The notes under the pieces were generated by a model, which had not been told where the DNA came from, did no database searches, and was given only the letters and a program-made list of their open reading frames with translations. Shown here one piece after another: positions 41,171 through 44,913 of a stretch of DNA of 44,913 bases (position 1 is its first letter; each line of letters starts with the position of its first letter). The position numbers and the translations under genes are program-made. The stretch is taken from contig JAAYLN010000006.1 of assembly GCA_012521875.1 (NCBI GenBank), positions 1 through 44,913 on the forward strand, given 5' to 3'. The DNA is from Lentisphaerota bacterium (GTDB lineage Bacteria > Verrucomicrobiota > Kiritimatiellia > RFP12 > JAAYLN01).

Positions 41171-42984
41171 GTCATGTCCTCCGCCGAGGGCGGCTGCTCC
41201 GGCAGCGTCTCCGCCGGCGCGATCTTGAAGATGTACTGCATGAGCTGCCGCACGATCGGTGCCGCGGTCAGCCCGCCCGACTCCCCGTCCTCGACGAGGA
41301 TCACCATGGCCACGGTCGGAGCGTCGAAGGGCGCGAAGGCGATCATCCACGTATGCTTGCGGCGCTGGCTGCGGGGGCCGTACTCGGCGGTTCCCGTCTT
41401 GCCGGCCATCCTGAGGCCCGGCACCGCCGCCCGCTTGCCGGTGCCCCGCGCGGCATGGATCACGTCCGCCATCCCCAGCCGCACCGCCGGCAGCGTCCCC
41501 GCCGGCAGCTCCACCCGGCGCCGGCACTCGCCCTCCGGATATGCCGGATCCACGACGAGCCGCGGACGCATCACGTAGCCGCCGTTGGCCAGTGCCGCCG
41601 TGTAGACGGCCATCTGCAGCGGCGTCACCAGCAGCATCCCCTGCCCGATCGAGAGGTTGGCCGTGTCGCCGGTGCGCCAGCCGTCGCGCTGCCGTTCGCG
41701 CTTCCACTCATCGCTGGGCACCAGGCCCGACCGCTCGCCCGGCAACCCGATCCCGGTGCGCTCGCCCAGCCCGAGCCGGCGCGACATGTCATGGATCGCA
41801 TCCAGTCCGATCTGCACGCCCAGCGCGCAGAAGAAGGGGTTGCACGACTGCTCGATGGCCTTGCGCAAGCTGATCATCCCATGCCCCGCGCGGTGCCAGC
41901 AGCGTATCTTTATCTTGCCGATGGGGTATTCACCGTCGCAGCCCAGCGTGATGTCCGGCGGGACGCCCTGCGCCAGCGCCGCCAGCGCCACGACCGGCTT
42001 GTAGATGCTGCCGGGGGGATAGACGCCCGAGACGGCGCGGTTCAGCAGGGGACAGCGCGGATCGGAGAGCAGGCGGTTCCAGTCCTTGTGCGAGATCGAC
42101 GGACTCATCTCGTTGGGATCGAAGGCCGGCAGGCTGGCCATCGCCAGCACGTCGCCGTTGCGCGGATCAATGATCACCCCCGCCGCGCGGTTGCCCTCCA
42201 GCAGGCGCTCGAGCTCCTGCTGCAGCGCAAGGTCGATCGTCAGGCGCACATCCTCCCCCGCCACGGCCGCACGGTTGGTCGTGCTGTGCTTGTAGCCGGT
42301 GACGTTGACGGTGATGAGCTGACCGCCGGGCGTGCCGGCCAGCCGGTCATCAAGCGCCATCTCGATCCCCGCGCGTCCGCGCATGCCCATGACGTCGTAG
42401 TGGAAGACCACGTCGTTGGTCATCACCGGGCGTTCGCGGCCCACGTAGCCGAGCAGGTGCGCGGCCAGCGTGCCGTACGGGTAGTGGCGCTGCGCCTGCA
42501 CGAGGATATCGAAACCGGGGGTGTAGACGGGGTTCTCGGCGAAGCGCGCCAGCGTCCGCGCGTCAACTCCGCGCCAGGCCGGCAGCGGCAGCGGCAGGCG
42601 CTTGTAGACGTGCTGCTCGATGTCGTCGCGTGTGATTTCCCGCGGAACCTGCAGATAGGCGGCCATGCGGTCGATCTCGGCATCGACGGCGTTGACCGTG
42701 TTGCTCCAGCGTCCGGGACGGCGCAGTTCCTCGAGGTAGACCGCGATGCAGTACTCGGGGCGGTTGTCGGCCATGCATACGCCGTGCCGGTCGAAGAGGC
42801 GTCCACGGGGCGCCGGCAGCAGCACGCGCCGGAGGCTCTGGCGCCGCTGCTCGCCCGAATAGACCGGCGAATTGCGCACCTGGACACTGTGCAGACGGGA
42901 GCCGAGCACCAGAAAACCGCCCAGCATCAGCAGCCCGATGCAGTAGATGCGCCAGCGTGGCATCTTATCGAGGTCATCCGGCAT
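41167..42984 (-). CDS. mrdA: Penicillin-binding protein 2
   Basis: APRGRLFDRHG, RHYPYG, HLLGYVG, YPPGSIYK, SCN, KTGTAE; mre operon position. Confidence 0.93.
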   Translation of the reverse strand: MPDDLDKMPRWRIYCIGLLMLGGFLVLGSRLHSVQVRNSPVYSGEQRRQSLRRVLLPAPRGRLFDRHGVCMADNRPEYCIAVYLEELRRPGRWSNTVNAVDAEIDRMAAYLQVPREITRDDIEQHVYKRLPLPLPAWRGVDARTLARFAENPVYTPGFDILVQAQRHYPYGTLAAHLLGYVGRERPVMTNDVVFHYDVMGMRGRAGIEMALDDRLAGTPGGQLITVNVTGYKHSTTNRAAVAGEDVRLTIDLALQQELERLLEGNRAAGVIIDPRNGDVLAMASLPAFDPNEMSPSISHKDWNRLLSDPRCPLLNRAVSGVYPPGSIYKPVVALAALAQGVPPDITLGCDGEYPIGKIKIRCWHRAGHGMISLRKAIEQSCNPFFCALGVQIGLDAIHDMSRRLGLGERTGIGLPGERSGLVPSDEWKRERQRDGWRTGDTANLSIGQGMLLVTPLQMAVYTAALANGGYVMRPRLVVDPAYPEGECRRRVELPAGTLPAVRLGMADVIHAARGTGKRAAVPGLRMAGKTGTAEYGPRSQRRKHTWMIAFAPFDAPTVAMVILVEDGESGGLTAAPIVRQLMQYIFKIAPAETLPEQPPSAEDMT

Positions 42985-43495
42985 CGGATTCGACCTCCTT
43001 GCTGGGTGTCAGGTTGCCGGCCCGCAGATCTAGGTAGCGGCCCGCGCTCCGCGCAACCACGGTCGCCAGCGCGCCCCCCGGCGCCAGCAGCAGGGCGCCA
43101 GTAAGCGGCAGCGAGACGGGAATGATGGCGCCATTGCGGCGCAGCAGCAGCGCCTGCCACAGCGCCAGCAAGGGCGCGCCCACCGCCCCCACAAGCACCG
43201 CTCCACCCCACGAGGACAGCGGCATGACCTCCCGCAGACCGGCCATGATCAGCGCCATGAGCGCCAGAAAGACCGCCGAGGTGCCGGGCGACACCCCCCC
43301 AAGGGCATCCGTCAGGATGCCGGCCCACAGGGCCACCACCACCGCAGGCAGCAGGGGACGCTCGAGGGCGTAGTAGAAGGCCACCGCCGCCAGCAGCGGC
43401 ACCTTGAGCGGGTGGAAGGGAAAGGCCGGCAGCACGCATTGCAGCGCGGCCGCCGTGCCCAGCAGCATCACGACTACGGGCAGGTTGGTCATCAT
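42974..43495 (-). CDS. mreD: Rod shape-determining protein MreD
   Basis: Small multi-TM protein with GILTDAL; between mreC and mrdA. Confidence 0.7.
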   Translation of the reverse strand: MMTNLPVVVMLLGTAAALQCVLPAFPFHPLKVPLLAAVAFYYALERPLLPAVVVALWAGILTDALGGVSPGTSAVFLALMALIMAGLREVMPLSSWGGAVLVGAVGAPLLALWQALLLRRNGAIIPVSLPLTGALLLAPGGALATVVARSAGRYLDLRAGNLTPSKEVESDAG

Positions 43496-44349
43496 GGTGC
43501 CCCCCCTCCCGCAGCCATCGCATAGACCAGCGTCAGCGACGCGAAATCAACTGCCGGCATCACGTCGCCCATGCAGTAGAGACCGTTTGCATCCACCTCC
43601 GAATCGAGCAGGTAGCCCACCAGCAGCCCCGCAGGCAGTGTGCCACCGAGTCCCGAGGTGACCACCCGTGTCCGCGGCGGTAGTTCAACATCGCGCTCGA
43701 GATAGCGCAGGCGCATCGGCTCGATCACATGCAGCATCTCCGGGAGCGCATCGGAGCCGGCATTCCAGTCGGCGCCGTGGAGGATACCGCGCACCACGCC
43801 GGTCTCGGGATCGACCGGATCGAGCTGGCAGGCAATGCGGCTGTTGCGGTCGGTGATCAGGCGCACCTCGGCCGTCGAGGCCGTCAGATCGGTGATGCGG
43901 CCGACCAGTCCGTCGGCGGTCAGCACCGGGTCGCCCACGGAGAGTCCGTCGGAACGTCCCCGGCTGATGCGGATTTGCCGCCACCAGCCCGAGGAGCCAC
44001 CCGCGGAGAGCACCATGCAGGGAACCAGCCGCCCCGGCACGCGCGGCTTGAGGTCGAGCTGTCGCCGTAGCTCACGGTTCTCGACGGCGATACGTTCCAG
44101 CATCGCGGCGTCAAGGCGTAGCCGCTCCACCTCCGCCTCAAGGGCGCGGTTGCGCCGGGCGAGCCCGTCGGCCGTCCACAAACGCACGATCTGCCCCCAG
44201 ATCCGTGTGCGGATCCAGGCGGCACCGTTCTCAAGCGGATAGACACCTTCACGGGCAAGCCGGTGCATCCAGACGCGCGTACCGCCGATCATCAGCAGCA
44301 CCAGCGTCAGCAGCAGGGCGGTCACCCATGCTCTTGTCCCTCTAGCCAT
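43492..44349 (-). CDS. mreC: Rod shape-determining protein MreC
   Basis: N-terminal TM, ENRELRRQL, GLVGRI, VVTSGLGG..PAGLLVG. Confidence 0.9.
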   Translation of the reverse strand: MARGTRAWVTALLLTLVLLMIGGTRVWMHRLAREGVYPLENGAAWIRTRIWGQIVRLWTADGLARRNRALEAEVERLRLDAAMLERIAVENRELRRQLDLKPRVPGRLVPCMVLSAGGSSGWWRQIRISRGRSDGLSVGDPVLTADGLVGRITDLTASTAEVRLITDRNSRIACQLDPVDPETGVVRGILHGADWNAGSDALPEMLHVIEPMRLRYLERDVELPPRTRVVTSGLGGTLPAGLLVGYLLDSEVDANGLYCMGDVMPAVDFASLTLVYAMAAGGGAP

Positions 44350-44410
44350 CCAACCCTATCCGGCCGCGGTCAGGCGGCCGTTGTCCAGGGGGAGGCGACA
44401 GCAGTTCGTA

Positions 44411-44913
44411 TCAGACCTTGCGCGAAGTCATCTTCGCAATCAGATTCAGCTCGTTCAGCACCACGCCGGTACCCTCGGCCACCGCACTGAGCGCATCATC
44501 GGCCCGGTGTACCGGCAAACCGGTCTGCTCCGCCACCAGGCGGTCCAGACCAACCAGCAGCGAACTTCCGCCCGCCAGCACCATGCCACGATCCACCAGA
44601 TCAGCCGACAACTCGGGCGGGCACTTCTCCAGCGTGATGCGGATCGCATCCACAATGGCGGTAATCGGTTCCTGCAACGCTTCTCGAATCTCCTCGGAGG
44701 TCACCGTCAGCGTCTTGGGAAGACCGGCCACCAGGTCGCGGCCCTTCACTTCCATGGTCTTCTCCTCGGCCAACGGGTAAGCCGAACCCAGCCTGATCTT
44801 GATCTCCTCTGCTGTCCGCTCCCCAATCATCAAATTATAGACGCGGCGCATGTACTGGACGATACACTCGTCCATCGCATCGCCGCCGACCCGGACACTC
44901 CGGGCATATACAA
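44411..44913 (-). CDS. mreB: Actin-like protein MreB (5' part outside window)
   Basis: VGGDAMDE, IGERTAEEIK, VKGRDLVAGLPK, CPPELSADL, LAGGSSLL. Confidence 0.96.
   Translation of the reverse strand, partial: VYARSVRVGGDAMDECIVQYMRRVYNLMIGERTAEEIKIRLGSAYPLAEEKTMEVKGRDLVAGLPKTLTVTSEEIREALQEPITAIVDAIRITLEKCPPELSADLVDRGMVLAGGSSLLVGLDRLVAEQTGLPVHRADDALSAVAEGTGVVLNELNLIAKMTSRKV

Noticed and set aside
41171-41707. N-terminal extension of rodA in the ORF track (39965..41707)
   Set aside because: Out-of-frame overlap with mrdA; real start is ATG 41170

Overview
High-GC bacterial chromosomal window. Gene order and protein styles suggest the PVC superphylum (Kiritimatiellae/Lentisphaerae-like; inference). 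Most of it is housekeeping DNA. On the + strand: fabH-fabF-fabZ, a small surface-glycan cluster (GT4, LbH acyltransferase, flippase-like protein), nagA, a truncated dcw cluster (mraZ-rsmH-ftsL-ftsI-murE-murF-murD-LysM-ftsW, with no mraY or murG), an oxidoreductase and a glutaredoxin. On the - strand: citrate synthase-yajD, skp-lpxD-galE and mreB-mreC-mreD-mrdA-rodA-rng-lptD-gspG-trmH. Two things stand out. (1) A lower-GC two-gene island with its own near-consensus promoter: a ~1030-aa N6-adenine methyltransferase of IIG-like architecture with no recognisable nuclease active site, translationally coupled to a small PD-(D/E)XK-like protein. It is a candidate split restriction-modification-like defence system. 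(2) Intergenic 'nests' built from more than 10 families of short tandem repeats (periods 6-15 bp) and REP-like palindromes. These are concatenated in conserved order, supply the stop codons of two host genes and bracket single genes as inverted repeats. No transposase, CRISPR array, rRNA or tRNA was seen.
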